In this document: positions 8,880 through 19,406 of the stretch, piece after piece | How the letters are laid out: each line of letters starts with the position of its first letter | Position numbering within the stretch: the first letter of the stretch is position 1 | NCBI GenBank assembly: GCA_965205865.1 | Contig: CBDBHR010000024.1 | Location: 1-64,000 of the forward strand | DNA from: a bacterium | GTDB taxonomy: Bacteria; SAR324; NAC60-12 | Direction of reading: 5' to 3' | DNA: 64,000 bases | The notes under the pieces: generated by a model | Databases searched by the model: none | What the model was told of the DNA's origin: nothing | What the model saw: only the letters and a program-made list of their open reading frames with translations | Program-made: the position numbers and the translations under genes

Positions 8880-9446
8880 TGAAGACCGCGTACTCACTGT
8901 TTCGTTCAATACGTGTGAGCCGGTCTTCAAAGAATATCAGCGCGATGCTGGCACATGTTTCCGCATAGGCAAGGTCGTTGGGAAGGTGGTAATCGAATGA
9001 AAATCGTTCACCCAAATGCGCGCTGCCGACCCCGGCATGGAGATACATCCTGCGATTGACAATATTACGCCACAGGCTCATGCGCGCATTCAGCATTGCG
9101 GAATCATTTCGAAATTGAGCCTGATTTGTCATCGCAACGTACAAATAAAGGGCTTGCGCGAGATGCCCTTTTGCCGTCATCTGTTTGACCGGTCTTGTAT
9201 GAGCTTGGTTCTAGGATTGGTCCTTTTTTTGAAACCCGGACATGGAGATGCATCCTGCGATTGACAATATTACTCTGACAGGCTCATGCGCGCATTCAGC
9301 ATTGCGGAATCATTTCGAAATTGAGCCTGATTTGTCATCGCAACGTACAAATAAAGGGCTTGCGCGAGATGCCCTTTTGCCGAGATCTGTTTGACCGGTC
9401 TTGTCGAAGCTTGGTTCTAGGATTGGTCCTTTTTTTGAAACCCGGA
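8880..9446 (-). pseudogene. GH127 (beta-L-arabinofuranosidase-like) fragment with internal tandem duplication
   Basis: RRMYLHAGVGS..GERFSFDYHLPND.AYAETCASIA motif; no intact gene. Confidence 0.75.
9036..9446. repeat. ~205-bp direct tandem duplication (9036-9240 / 9241-9446)
   Basis: Two near-identical units. Confidence 0.9.
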
Positions 9447-9725
9447 CAAATGCCATGCTACAAAATCTGCTGATTTCATGGGAAAGAGCGAAAAAATCAT
9501 TGTTTCTCAATCTGTGCCAGGCAGTTGAGATTCCATTTCGAAGTAGTTAGGATTTCGTCCTCGTTCACCAACAAAGTAGTATGCGAGATAAAAATTTTGT
9601 TTTCAGGCAAATTCATAAGTCTTCATTAGGATGGCTATTGATGCCCCTGGTATCGATATATCAAATCATTGGCTTAACATACGCTTTGGAGGAGGCAAAA
9701 GCCTTGCCTCTCAAATCGTGAGGAA

Positions 9726-10565
9726 GTGAGAGTGAAAGTGTGGATGACCATTTCGTATTTTGCCGGAGGTATTGCCATATTGGTCCTTATTCTGTATATC
9801 TTTCAGCGTCACCTCATTTATCATCCGCGCTCTTATGACTTCACCTATGACTTACAAGACTTTGAAAATGTCGTTGAATTGGATTACCGGATTGCAGAAG
9901 GAAATCAGGTTTCATTTTACTTGCCTCCACGAAAAAAAAACCATTCTCTTCCAGAGGAACTTTGGCTGGTCTTTGGAGGCAATGCAGCACTGGCATTGGA
10001 TTTTTATGATTTTGTATATCATTATCCTAACCAAGCGGCCGGGATTTTGCTGGTCGAATATCCTGGTTACGGAAAAAGTGAGGGGAAAGCCTCTCCTGCG
10101 TCAATTTTAGTTTCGACGGAGGCTGCAATGGACCGTCTGGCACGACATTTGTCAGTACAACGTGGACTACTGGACGAGAATCTACATATTTTAGGACACT
10201 CTCTGGGGAGTGGCGCAGGGTTGCAATTTGCAGTACGACATCCAGTGCAAAAAATATTGCTGGTCTCCCCTTTCACCAGTCTGCAGGAGATGGCATGCCG
10301 CACGGTTGGAAAACCTTTGTGCTATTTGCTACGCCATCATTTCGACAATATGGCCCGCCTGTCAGAACTCGAGACACGCGTTCCCTTGCCCAAAGTCCAT
10401 ATCATTCACGGTGCTGGAGACCAAGTAATCCCTGTTGCAATGGGACAAATGCTGGCAAAAAAATTCTCTTCCATGATCACGTATTTGGAAATTCCTCATG
10501 CAGATCATAATTCGATCTTTTCATTGGCAGATGAGCAGATTTACCAGGCCATGAGTGGTTCTTAG
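9726..10565 (+). CDS. Alpha/beta hydrolase with N-terminal membrane anchor
   Basis: EYPGYGKS, GHSLG, IHGAGD and HN motifs. Confidence 0.88.
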   Translation: MRVKVWMTISYFAGGIAILVLILYIFQRHLIYHPRSYDFTYDLQDFENVVELDYRIAEGNQVSFYLPPRKKNHSLPEELWLVFGGNAALALDFYDFVYHYPNQAAGILLVEYPGYGKSEGKASPASILVSTEAAMDRLARHLSVQRGLLDENLHILGHSLGSGAGLQFAVRHPVQKILLVSPFTSLQEMACRTVGKPLCYLLRHHFDNMARLSELETRVPLPKVHIIHGAGDQVIPVAMGQMLAKKFSSMITYLEIPHADHNSIFSLADEQIYQAMSGS

Positions 10566-10721
10566 CAACGTCAGGAGAGGAGAGCGTAAAAAAAAATGAG
10601 AAAAAGTATTGATTTAATAGAAATAAATATATTAAAACGTGTAAAAACAACTGAAGAATTCCAAATTCTCACTTACAGGAAGTAAAACCTTCTCTGTTCT
10701 TTCATTTTTGGAGCGTCCGTC

Positions 10722-11009
10722 ATGAACAAATCCCAATTGATTGAAGCATTAGCAAAAAAATCCGAACGACATGCGCGGATAAAAGATCGAGCTGTCAACC
10801 TCTTTTTCGATAGTATTAAAAACGCGCTGGCAGAAAACGACAAAGTGGAAATTAGAGGATTTGGCTCTTTTTTCGTCAAGAGCTATGGAGGATACAAAGG
10901 ACGCAACCCCAAAACAGGAGAAAAAGTGGATGTTTGCGGAAAAAAACTTCCTGTCTTCCGCACCGGCAAGGATTTGAAAGAACGAGTAAAAAATACTAAA
11001 AAAAATTAA
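10722..11009 (+). CDS. Integration host factor beta / HU-family protein
   Basis: MNKSQLI, VEIRGFGSF and GRNPKTGE motifs. Confidence 0.9.
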   Translation: MNKSQLIEALAKKSERHARIKDRAVNLFFDSIKNALAENDKVEIRGFGSFFVKSYGGYKGRNPKTGEKVDVCGKKLPVFRTGKDLKERVKNTKKN

Positions 11010-11136
11010 TCCTCCTCTCACCAAGCCGCTTTTTTCGTCGCGGATTTGATCACGACAGGCATGTGGGCCATCTGAAAGCTTAGCTTGTCAGGTAGTTCAT
11101 GGAAAGCAACTCTGTTCCTCTTCTTCTGAGTTTGTC

Positions 11137-11598
11137 ATGAAATTGGGAGTGCTGGTCTATATTGAAAAATCCGGCAAAATCCTCATGATTCATCGTCAAA
11201 AAAAAGACGAACACGAGGGCTTATGGTTGGCACCCGGGGGGAAAATGGAAAAAAACGAAGCACCTGTTGAAACGGCCATTCGGGAAGTCCGGGAAGAAAC
11301 GGGGCTGACCCTTCAATCGTTGGAGTTTAAAGGAGTCCTCAGCTTTGTGGACGAGGGAGATTCCCCCTTTGGAGATGAGTGGCAGGTATTTGTGTTTTAT
11401 ACGATCCATTTCAGCGGAGCCTTGCGGACGGAATGCGCCGAAGGCGAACTGGCATGGATCTCCGGGGAACAACTGATCGATCTGCCTATGTGGGAAGGAG
11501 ACCGGTTGTTCACGCCAAGAATTTTTGAAAAAGGGTGCTTTCTTGCAAAATTCCACTACAGAAAAGAAATGTTGATTGAAGCCAAATTCTGGGAATAA
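11137..11598 (+). CDS. Nudix hydrolase (8-oxo-dGTPase-like)
   Basis: Nudix box GGKME..E....AIREVREETG; LPMWEGD. Confidence 0.9.
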   Translation: MKLGVLVYIEKSGKILMIHRQKKDEHEGLWLAPGGKMEKNEAPVETAIREVREETGLTLQSLEFKGVLSFVDEGDSPFGDEWQVFVFYTIHFSGALRTECAEGELAWISGEQLIDLPMWEGDRLFTPRIFEKGCFLAKFHYRKEMLIEAKFWE

Positions 11599-11756
11599 GG
11601 AACAAACCTTAAATAACCTGTAATTCTTCCAATGGTGTGAGCAAAATTGGGGGACATGTACACCGCTGCGCATCCCAACTCTACTGTTTTATACCTGCTG
11701 TTACGTGTCCCCTAATTTTGCGTATCCATACTTCTAACTTATTTAAATTTCATTCC
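11599..11756 (-). mobile_element. MITE family B
   Basis: TIRs GGAACAAACCTTAAATAA / TTATTTAAATTTCATTCC, TAA duplicated on both sides. Confidence 0.8.
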
Positions 11757-11775
11757 TAAAGGTCCTGAAACGACA

Positions 11776-13077
11776 CTACCCGGTCTTGAGAAGGCGTTCT
11801 GTGAGAGGACGGATGAGATCCTGCATGCGTGCGTCATCCGGAAAATGCCAAGCTGTACCGAGGATGATATCCAATGGAAAAACAGGCACCCCGCTTTCAT
11901 CTACAAAACGCCCCGCGCTCAGTCCATTCGTTCCCACTCTCCGCACCGTTTCCTGATCCAAAAACCCGGTACGCGACCATTTTTCCTGGAATCGAGACAT
12001 ATATTCAATCTGTTCAAAACTCCCCAGGCATTTGAAACCATTCAAAAAACTCAGAATTGTGAAAGTGAGAAAGGTACCCGGACACAGCCTCTTGGTTTTT
12101 AAGGCCTCAATCAGAGCTTCGGGGGTCAGCGCAAACTGGTGCCGACGACTTTCCAAACAATTGGTCCGGATCTTCACAGAAGTACACTTTTCCTTATTTT
12201 TTTCCCAATAAGATGCCGTAAAGAAAGAAATTTCCGGGCCAAATTCCTGCAAGACACGAGTTCGGAAGGGTGCTTCAAAAAAGAGTCGAAAAATGGGATG
12301 CTCTGTTTGTAAGAGAGCGAACTGCAAATAGGTGGTAATCACCTCATTGAGGTCCAAATAGACCATTCGAGATTGTTTCAGTAAATGCTGACTGAGGTTC
12401 CGGCAACACTGAAGCGCCCATCGACTGAACGATGCGCCTGCTTGAACGGGAGGAAACAAAGAAGACAACGTTGGGGATAATTGTGGCAGCAGTTGCTCCA
12501 TCTTTTCCGGGACTGCCGCCTGATAAACCAATGCCTCCCGCAAAATGCCCGGAAGGAGAGAAATGCGACGTTCACAGTCCGCAGAAGAGATAGTGTCTCG
12601 CAGACGGTCATTTTCGGCACAAGCCAAATCACGGAAAAAAGAAGAACCGGCAGGAAGCAGTTGCTCCAGGGAATGACGGTTGCTGTAATTCAAGCATCCC
12701 GACCAGGCTATATTGGAAAAAGGAACGCCTGAAAAAGCGGCGATGGCATAATAGCATCCGGGTGGGATCCCCAAACTTGCCAACCAATGGATGGCAAAAA
12801 AGGAAGGGCCTTCCGTGGCAGTGACATGGGTGGCGGTTTGCAGGATTCGTGTTTGTTCAAGTCCTCTTGTAATCTCTTCCCGCCGGACTGGCGGATAATC
12901 CATACGTTGCAGCTCACAATCAAAGGCATGGAGCAATACCGGCTCCAAGGAACAGGGAACCTGATATTGATTGAGCCAGGCAGAATATTCTTTGACCGGC
13001 ATCGATCCGCGGGTTTCCAGAATCGTGGCCAGCTGAATCCGTCCCATTTTCCGCAAAGATTCGAAAACTCCAGTCAT
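11776..13077 (-). CDS. Hypothetical protein (433 aa)
   Basis: Long ORF divergent from hisD; no family recognised. Confidence 0.75.
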   Translation of the reverse strand: MTGVFESLRKMGRIQLATILETRGSMPVKEYSAWLNQYQVPCSLEPVLLHAFDCELQRMDYPPVRREEITRGLEQTRILQTATHVTATEGPSFFAIHWLASLGIPPGCYYAIAAFSGVPFSNIAWSGCLNYSNRHSLEQLLPAGSSFFRDLACAENDRLRDTISSADCERRISLLPGILREALVYQAAVPEKMEQLLPQLSPTLSSLFPPVQAGASFSRWALQCCRNLSQHLLKQSRMVYLDLNEVITTYLQFALLQTEHPIFRLFFEAPFRTRVLQEFGPEISFFTASYWEKNKEKCTSVKIRTNCLESRRHQFALTPEALIEALKTKRLCPGTFLTFTILSFLNGFKCLGSFEQIEYMSRFQEKWSRTGFLDQETVRRVGTNGLSAGRFVDESGVPVFPLDIILGTAWHFPDDARMQDLIRPLTERLLKTG

Positions 13078-13159
13078 TCGTATGTTTCTTGACTTCTCCC
13101 GGACAATCTTTTACGGTGAGAATGATTTATGACAGATTCTCACTACGGCAAGTACCGAT

Positions 13160-14443
13160 ATGATCGAGGTGAACATTTTCAAAAGTTACGCAGGCTACCT
13201 GGCCCATCTCCAAAGCCTCAGGTCTGCCGATGTTTCAGGGGCCGTCCGTCAAATAATAAAAAAAGTCCGGCAAAACGGAGATGCGGCCCTGCGAGTCTAT
13301 ACTGAAAAATTCGATTACGCTTCTCTCGAAGAATTTCGCATTCCGGAAGAGCAACTGCAACAAGCTTTGACATATCTGGATCCCAAACTCAAACAAATTC
13401 TTCTCGATGCGGGAGAAAACATTCGTCACTTCCATCAACGACAAAAAATCGAAACCCAGTTGGAATTTTGTGACGATGGCACCGTGCTTGGCTGGAAAGT
13501 GACGCCAATCGATGCGGTTGGAATCTACGTCCCGGGAGGAGATGCTGTTCTTTTCTCCACCCTGTTGATGAATGTCATTCCGGCGCAGATCGCGCAAGTG
13601 CCACGTATTGCCGTGGTCTCTCCTCCTCAAATAAACGGTATGCCATCCCCCTTGATGATGGCAACTGCCGCCTTGATCGGGGTGAATGAATTTTATGCGG
13701 TGGGGGGGGCTCAAGCCATCGCAGCCCTTGCATATGGCACGGAGAGCATTCCCCGTGTTCACAAAATCACGGGCCCCGGCAACAGGTACGTGGCAGAGGC
13801 TAAAAGACAAGTCTATGGGACGGTGGGCATCGAATCCATTGCGGGGCCCAGTGATATTCTGATTCTGTGTGACCAGGCGCAGGTTTCCATCGAGTATTTG
13901 GCGCGGGATATGTTGTCGCAGGCAGAACATGCTCCCGATGCCCGCGCCTTGCTCATCACTACTTCCTCGAAGCAGGCAGCCGCCGTTGCCAAACGGCTGC
14001 AAGAATTGTTTCCAACGTTAGCGCGGCGTGAAATCATCGAGGCTTCCTTCCAAGAGATTTCCGCCATCATTGTCGTGGAAAACGCCGGTGCAGGATTTGC
14101 GGCTGTCAATGAAATCGCCCCTGAACATTTAGAAATTTTAACAGACGATCCTTTCCGCGATTTACACAAAGTGCGCAATGCGGGAGCTATTTTCCTGGGT
14201 CCGGATACCCCGGAGCCTGTTGGAGATTATTTTGCCGGTCCTAATCACACGCTGCCCACGATGGGAGGCGCCAAGTTTTCTTCACCTTTGGGAGTGCAGG
14301 ATTTTCTAAAAACCAGCTCCGTGCTTCATTACTCGAGGGCACGCCTGAAAAAGGAAGGTCCCTCCATCATCGGATTTGCCGAAGCAGAAGAACTGCATGC
14401 CCATGCCGCGGCCGTACAAGCGCGTCTGGATACTGAGGACTAG
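13160..14443 (+). CDS. hisD: Histidinol dehydrogenase
   Basis: GIYVPGG, GGAQAIAALAYGT, SQAEH, APEHLE and GPNHTLPT motifs. Confidence 0.96.
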   Translation: MIEVNIFKSYAGYLAHLQSLRSADVSGAVRQIIKKVRQNGDAALRVYTEKFDYASLEEFRIPEEQLQQALTYLDPKLKQILLDAGENIRHFHQRQKIETQLEFCDDGTVLGWKVTPIDAVGIYVPGGDAVLFSTLLMNVIPAQIAQVPRIAVVSPPQINGMPSPLMMATAALIGVNEFYAVGGAQAIAALAYGTESIPRVHKITGPGNRYVAEAKRQVYGTVGIESIAGPSDILILCDQAQVSIEYLARDMLSQAEHAPDARALLITTSSKQAAAVAKRLQELFPTLARREIIEASFQEISAIIVVENAGAGFAAVNEIAPEHLEILTDDPFRDLHKVRNAGAIFLGPDTPEPVGDYFAGPNHTLPTMGGAKFSSPLGVQDFLKTSSVLHYSRARLKKEGPSIIGFAEAEELHAHAAAVQARLDTED

Positions 14444-14455
14444 TCGCGCCCATCC

Positions 14456-15292
14456 ATGGTTTATCTTCCTCACAGAGCCTTCACGATGCCAACTGTCCAG
14501 GGAATGCTCCGAAAAATGAACACCGAATATACTCCTCAATCCTGCCAGGTGGGCTACACCCTCAACCTGGATGGCGATGGAGTCTTGCTCCTCAATCCCC
14601 TGGTGGGTGAGGAGATGCAACTGGAGTATACTGGAAAGATCCACTGCGTGGCCTGTGGTCGGTCTGTTGTGAAAACATTCAACAGTGGATATTGCTACCC
14701 TTGTTTTAAGGGATTAGCAGAATGCGATATCTGCATCGTGCGACCAGAAAAATGCCATTTCCATTTGGGTACCTGCCGAGATCCGGTATGGGGGGAAAAC
14801 CACTGCTTTCAGACCCATACGTTATATTTGGCACGAAGCGGCAGCATCAAAATTGGCATCACCCGCACAGTACAGCAACTCCACCGCTGGATGGATCAGG
14901 GTGCCAGTGAAGCGCGGGAAATCGGGTTCTTTGAAAATCGCTACCAAGTGGGATTGGCGGAGGCCGACATTTCCCGCAATATGAAGGATAAGACCAATTG
15001 GCAGAAAATGCTGAAAAATGTAACAACTACGGAATCCTTTGAATATTATTTTCAGCAAATCCTGAGTTGGTTGCCAAAAGAACTGCGCCCATCCCTGGTC
15101 CATCATGGGAAATCCTATTCGTTTTCCTACCCGGTGCTGGCCTATCCGCAAAAAGTGAAATCCAAAAAACTGGACGAATTCCCTTCTTTCAAGAGCAAAT
15201 TGATGGGAATCAAAGGACAATATTTGATCTTTGAGGGACATGTATTCAATCTGCGTTCTCACGGAGGCTATCTGATTCGATTGTCTTATTGA
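14456..15292 (+). CDS. DUF2797-family Cys-rich protein
   Basis: CxxCG...GYCYPC...[26 protein letters not shown] and RWMDQGA motifs. Confidence 0.8.
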   Translation: MVYLPHRAFTMPTVQGMLRKMNTEYTPQSCQVGYTLNLDGDGVLLLNPLVGEEMQLEYTGKIHCVACGRSVVKTFNSGYCYPCFKGLAECDICIVRPEKCHFHLGTCRDPVWGENHCFQTHTLYLARSGSIKIGITRTVQQLHRWMDQGASEAREIGFFENRYQVGLAEADISRNMKDKTNWQKMLKNVTTTESFEYYFQQILSWLPKELRPSLVHHGKSYSFSYPVLAYPQKVKSKKLDEFPSFKSKLMGIKGQYLIFEGHVFNLRSHGGYLIRLSY

Positions 15293-15366
15293 CCGCAGTC
15301 CTCTTTTTGTTTAAAAATGCGCATTTAATCCAGACAAACGCCAACTTTCATTTGGGGAAAAACACT

Positions 15367-16293
15367 ATGAGTTCAGGAACAGAGATACAATTGCGTCAAC
15401 TAACAGATCAAACCCGTATTGGTTGGATTGGTACCGGTGTAATGGGCCTATCCATGTGCGGACAGGTCATGAAAGCTGGATATGCCACCACGGTTTACAA
15501 CCGCACGCTTTCCAAGGCCCAACCTTTGGTGGACCAGGGAGCCCGGAGTGCCGATTCTCCACGGGCGGTTGCCAGGCAATCGGACATTATTTTCAGTATC
15601 GTCGGTTTTCCGAAGGACGTGCAGGAAGTCTACTTGGGAGAGAATGGCATCCTGGCATGCGCCAAGCCTGGAAGCATCCTTGTGGACATGACGACGACAG
15701 CGCCAAGTTTGGCTCAGGAGATTGACCGGGTAGCCTGCGCAAAAGGAATCGCTACCGTGGATGCTCCGGTTTCAGGGGGAGATGTGGGAGCACGCAATGC
15801 GGCGCTCTCTATCATGGTGGGAGGCAGTAAAACCGCTGTGGAAGTCGTCATGCCTTTGTTTGAAATGATGGGCAAGCAAATTGTCCATCAGGGACCCGCC
15901 GGGGCCGGACAACACGCCAAGATGTGTAACCAGATCACGATTTCAGGAACGATGATTGGAGTTTGCGAATGCTTGCTTTATGGTCACAAAGCGGGACTGG
16001 ACTTGGAAGTGATGCTCCAGTCCATCAGCGGTGGGGCGGCAGCTTGCTGGACCCTGGACAACCTGGCGCCTCGCGTGCTCAAGCGCAATTTCGACCCGGG
16101 TTTCTTTGTAGAACACTTCATCAAGGATATGAGCCTGGCGCTTGCTGAAGCAAAACAGATGGGCATTGCCCTACCAGGGTTGGCATTGGCGCACCAACTC
16201 TATCTGGCGGTTCAGGCGCAGGGGCATGGTAAAAAAGGCACCCATGCCTTGATGCTGGCTTTGGAGCAAATCTCCAATGTTGACTATTCCTGA
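15367..16293 (+). CDS. NAD(P)-dependent beta-hydroxyacid dehydrogenase (tartronate semialdehyde reductase-like)
   Basis: [22 protein letters not shown] and KDM motifs. Confidence 0.9.
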   Translation: MSSGTEIQLRQLTDQTRIGWIGTGVMGLSMCGQVMKAGYATTVYNRTLSKAQPLVDQGARSADSPRAVARQSDIIFSIVGFPKDVQEVYLGENGILACAKPGSILVDMTTTAPSLAQEIDRVACAKGIATVDAPVSGGDVGARNAALSIMVGGSKTAVEVVMPLFEMMGKQIVHQGPAGAGQHAKMCNQITISGTMIGVCECLLYGHKAGLDLEVMLQSISGGAAACWTLDNLAPRVLKRNFDPGFFVEHFIKDMSLALAEAKQMGIALPGLALAHQLYLAVQAQGHGKKGTHALMLALEQISNVDYS

Positions 16294-16351
16294 ACAACCT
16301 TTCATTCAATTCATTTTATTGATTGGACATTTTGCCGGTTTAAAAAGTTTA

Positions 16352-16502
16352 GGAATGAAATTTAAATAAGTTAGAAGTATGGATACGCAAAATTAGGGGA
16401 CAGGTAACAGCAGGAAAACAGTAGAGTTGGGATGCCGCTGTACATGTCCCCCAATTTTGCTCACACCATTGGAAGAATTACAGGTTATTTAAGGTTTGTT
16501 CC
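16352..16502 (+). mobile_element. MITE family B
   Basis: Near-identical inverted copy of 11599-11756; TTA duplicated. Confidence 0.8.
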
Positions 16503-16565
16503 TTAGCATCGTCATTGGTAGGAGAGTTCAACTACTTTGAGGGCGAGTTGCGGACCATGCCGTTT

Positions 16566-17468
16566 TCATGCGTTTCGTTTCCCATGCCATACGCGCGGGC
16601 GAGATTGCAAATCTCTGGCAATCCGCAAAACTTTCCAAGCATCAGGCAGCAGGGCTTCCAATGCCGGGACTTGATCGTAACCTATCTCCAGAAGCATTTG
16701 TCCTTCCGGCTTGAGATAATTCTTGCAATCACCAAAAAAAAACCGGTAAAAATCCAAGCCATCTTCCCCTCCGTCTAACGCTTGACGGGGTTCGTGAAGG
16801 GCAATTTCTTTTTGCAGTCCGGGGATGCGCGCGGTGGGAATATAGGGAGGATTGCTCACGATAAAATCAAAGATCGCCGAATCGGCGAGCATGCTGAAAC
16901 GATCGCCTTGCACCAGATGAATTCGGTTGTTACGTGGTGTGATCAAATGTGAATGGCATTTGATATTTTTTGCTGCAATTGGCATAGCGCCGTTGCTGAT
17001 ATCTACCGTGACAATGCATAAATGCTTCAGACTGCTGCACAAAGCCAGCGGAATGGCAGCCGTCCCTGTTCCCATTTCCAATATCCAACAAGGCTGTTCT
17101 TCATACAGGGTCTGCCATGCTTCCACAGCGACACAAAGTTGTTCCACTAAAGTTTCCGTATCAGGACGAGGAATGAGGACCCCCTCTTCCACAAGCAGGG
17201 TCAGCGTCCAAAAATCTTTTTCTCCCAGCAAATAGGCAAGAGGGATTCCTTGGACACGCTTTTTCACCAATGCATGATATTTTTTTTGTTCTTCAGGCAG
17301 GAGCGGTTTGTCGTAATCGAGATACAACTCAATCCGGCTGCACTGGCAAACGAATGCCAGGAGCAATTCCGCGTCAAGGCGGGGAGAAGCAAACTGATGC
17401 TCCTTGAAGTAACGGCATGTCCTCTCTAAGGTGGCGCATACCGCGTTAAAATTTTTAAGGGCAGTCAT
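16566..17468 (-). CDS. prmC: Release factor glutamine methyltransferase
   Basis: LIPRPDTE, EMGTGT, SNPPYI and ALDGGEDGLDFY motifs. Confidence 0.95.
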   Translation of the reverse strand: MTALKNFNAVCATLERTCRYFKEHQFASPRLDAELLLAFVCQCSRIELYLDYDKPLLPEEQKKYHALVKKRVQGIPLAYLLGEKDFWTLTLLVEEGVLIPRPDTETLVEQLCVAVEAWQTLYEEQPCWILEMGTGTAAIPLALCSSLKHLCIVTVDISNGAMPIAAKNIKCHSHLITPRNNRIHLVQGDRFSMLADSAIFDFIVSNPPYIPTARIPGLQKEIALHEPRQALDGGEDGLDFYRFFFGDCKNYLKPEGQMLLEIGYDQVPALEALLPDAWKVLRIARDLQSRPRVWHGKRNA

Positions 17469-17549
17469 ATCAGCAAGACAGGCCTTGAATTCCGGATAGA
17501 CACCGCTTTCACCCCAATTGTTTTGCCGGATTACTACTAACCATGGGTT

Positions 17550-19406
17550 TTACATGCGTTCAGGTGGTCTGATACCCAATAAAAACATGCCTTCTTTCAA
17601 CGCCTCCGCCACGCAATGAAAGAGCAGTAACCTCGCTTCCTGCAGGGCAAGCGATTCGGCATGGATGACCGAACAAGTCGTATAAGTTCGGCTAAACGCC
17701 TTTGCCAGGTCAAACAACATGCGTGCTACCATAGAAGGTCGGAATTGTTCTCCGGCCGCCCATACTGTTTCATTGAAGTCAAAAAGCAGACGGACCAGTT
17801 CCTGTTCGCTGGGATGAGCGAGTAAATTAAAATCGACGTCGCCAGATACGCTAGGGCCGGGAGGTTGATCAGGGTGATCTGCTTGCTCGAGCTTGCGGGC
17901 AATACTGCGAATGCGAACATAGGCATAAATCAGATAAGTGCCGGTATCTCCTTCTGACGCTAACCAATCTTCCATGGCAAAAACAATCGCTTTGTTTGCA
18001 TCCTGATTGAGCATCCCATATTTAATGGCGGCAACACCCACCCGCCGCGTGGTTTCCTCAATCTCCACGTCCTGCCACTCTCCTCGGAATTTATCCAAAT
18101 AATTTTCCTGAATATAAGAACTCATTTTTTGTTGAAGCAGAGAGAACAAAATAATGTTGCCAGTGCGTGAACTCATCTTTCCGGAGGGCAAGCTCACCAT
18201 CCCATAAGGAAGGTGAAAACACTGTTTTGCTTGCTCATATCCCATGCGCTTCAGGGTTTCAAAAACTTGCTTGAAATGCAAGGTTTGTTCGGACCCCACC
18301 ACATAAATGGAACGTTCAATTTGGAATTCATCAAATTTCCTTTTTGCTAATGCCAAATCCTTGGTGGCATACAAAGTATTGCCATCCGACTTCAATAAGA
18401 GGAAAAATCCCAGATCCACCCTTTCCAAATCAATCCCAATGGCGCCTTTCGATCGTTCGAATGTCCCTCTTTGCAACTCCTGATACACAATTTGCTTGCC
18501 AGCTTCATCGACTTGGGATTCATAGAATATCTGGTCGAATGCCACATCGAGCCACTGGTAAATTCGCTCGAAATCGTGCAAGGACCATTGCCGGGTTTCT
18601 TGCCAGGTCTTGGAAATCTCCAGTTCTTTTGCTTCCAGGCGTTTCAGGATCAGACCTACTTCCTCCATGTAGTTTTTCCGTTCTTCCGCAGTCGCTTCTG
18701 CCAGCTTCCGCACTGCCTTCATATAGAGTAGGCCCAGCCATTCTCCCCGTAAATTCTGCGGAACAGGTTCTTGGTTGTAGTTCAAGTAATACCAGAGACA
18801 TTTGGCAATGTGTGCCCCTGAGTCTCCGATGTAATTGGCAGCCACGACTTGATAACCATTATAACGAAATATGCGACACAGACTATCGCCCAATGCGACG
18901 TTGCGCATATGGCCCACATGAAAACCCTTATGCGTGTTCGGTTGAGAAAATTCGATCATGACGCGCGATTGCAATCCGGATTGTAAGATACGCCGTTCGT
19001 TTCTCTTAAAATATTCGCCGCTGACCATTCGAGGCAAGGTGAGGGAGGCCATCAAAGGCAGAGAGACACGGAAATTGACGTAAGGACCAAGCGCATGAAC
19101 TGCTGTCACCGCTTCGCATTCCGACAAGTGGGATTGCAAGGTGGAAACGAGAATTTCCGCGATCAGAGGAGGAGCTTTACGAAAAGAACGGGCAAGTGTG
19201 AAACAGGGGAAAGCATAATCTCCCATTTCCTGCCTGGGGGGACGTTCAATCAGCTTTTCCAATTCTTTTGCTGAATCATCGACTTGCTCGGCATTGAACT
19301 CCCGGAGGGAATTGGCCATGAGTCGACTGATGGCTACTTTAAAAATATTCATAGGCAAGATGTTTTCCCTGTCTATCTCCACGAAAACCGGACAAGAACC
19401 GTTCAA
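17550..19406 (-). CDS. argS: Arginine--tRNA ligase (start may be 19352)
   Basis: EFSQPNTHKGFHVGH, KMSSRTG and C-terminal PERM motifs. Confidence 0.96.
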   Translation of the reverse strand: MNGSCPVFVEIDRENILPMNIFKVAISRLMANSLREFNAEQVDDSAKELEKLIERPPRQEMGDYAFPCFTLARSFRKAPPLIAEILVSTLQSHLSECEAVTAVHALGPYVNFRVSLPLMASLTLPRMVSGEYFKRNERRILQSGLQSRVMIEFSQPNTHKGFHVGHMRNVALGDSLCRIFRYNGYQVVAANYIGDSGAHIAKCLWYYLNYNQEPVPQNLRGEWLGLLYMKAVRKLAEATAEERKNYMEEVGLILKRLEAKELEISKTWQETRQWSLHDFERIYQWLDVAFDQIFYESQVDEAGKQIVYQELQRGTFERSKGAIGIDLERVDLGFFLLLKSDGNTLYATKDLALAKRKFDEFQIERSIYVVGSEQTLHFKQVFETLKRMGYEQAKQCFHLPYGMVSLPSGKMSSRTGNIILFSLLQQKMSSYIQENYLDKFRGEWQDVEIEETTRRVGVAAIKYGMLNQDANKAIVFAMEDWLASEGDTGTYLIYAYVRIRSIARKLEQADHPDQPPGPSVSGDVDFNLLAHPSEQELVRLLFDFNETVWAAGEQFRPSMVARMLFDLAKAFSRTYTTCSVIHAESLALQEARLLLFHCVAEALKEGMFLLGIRPPERM

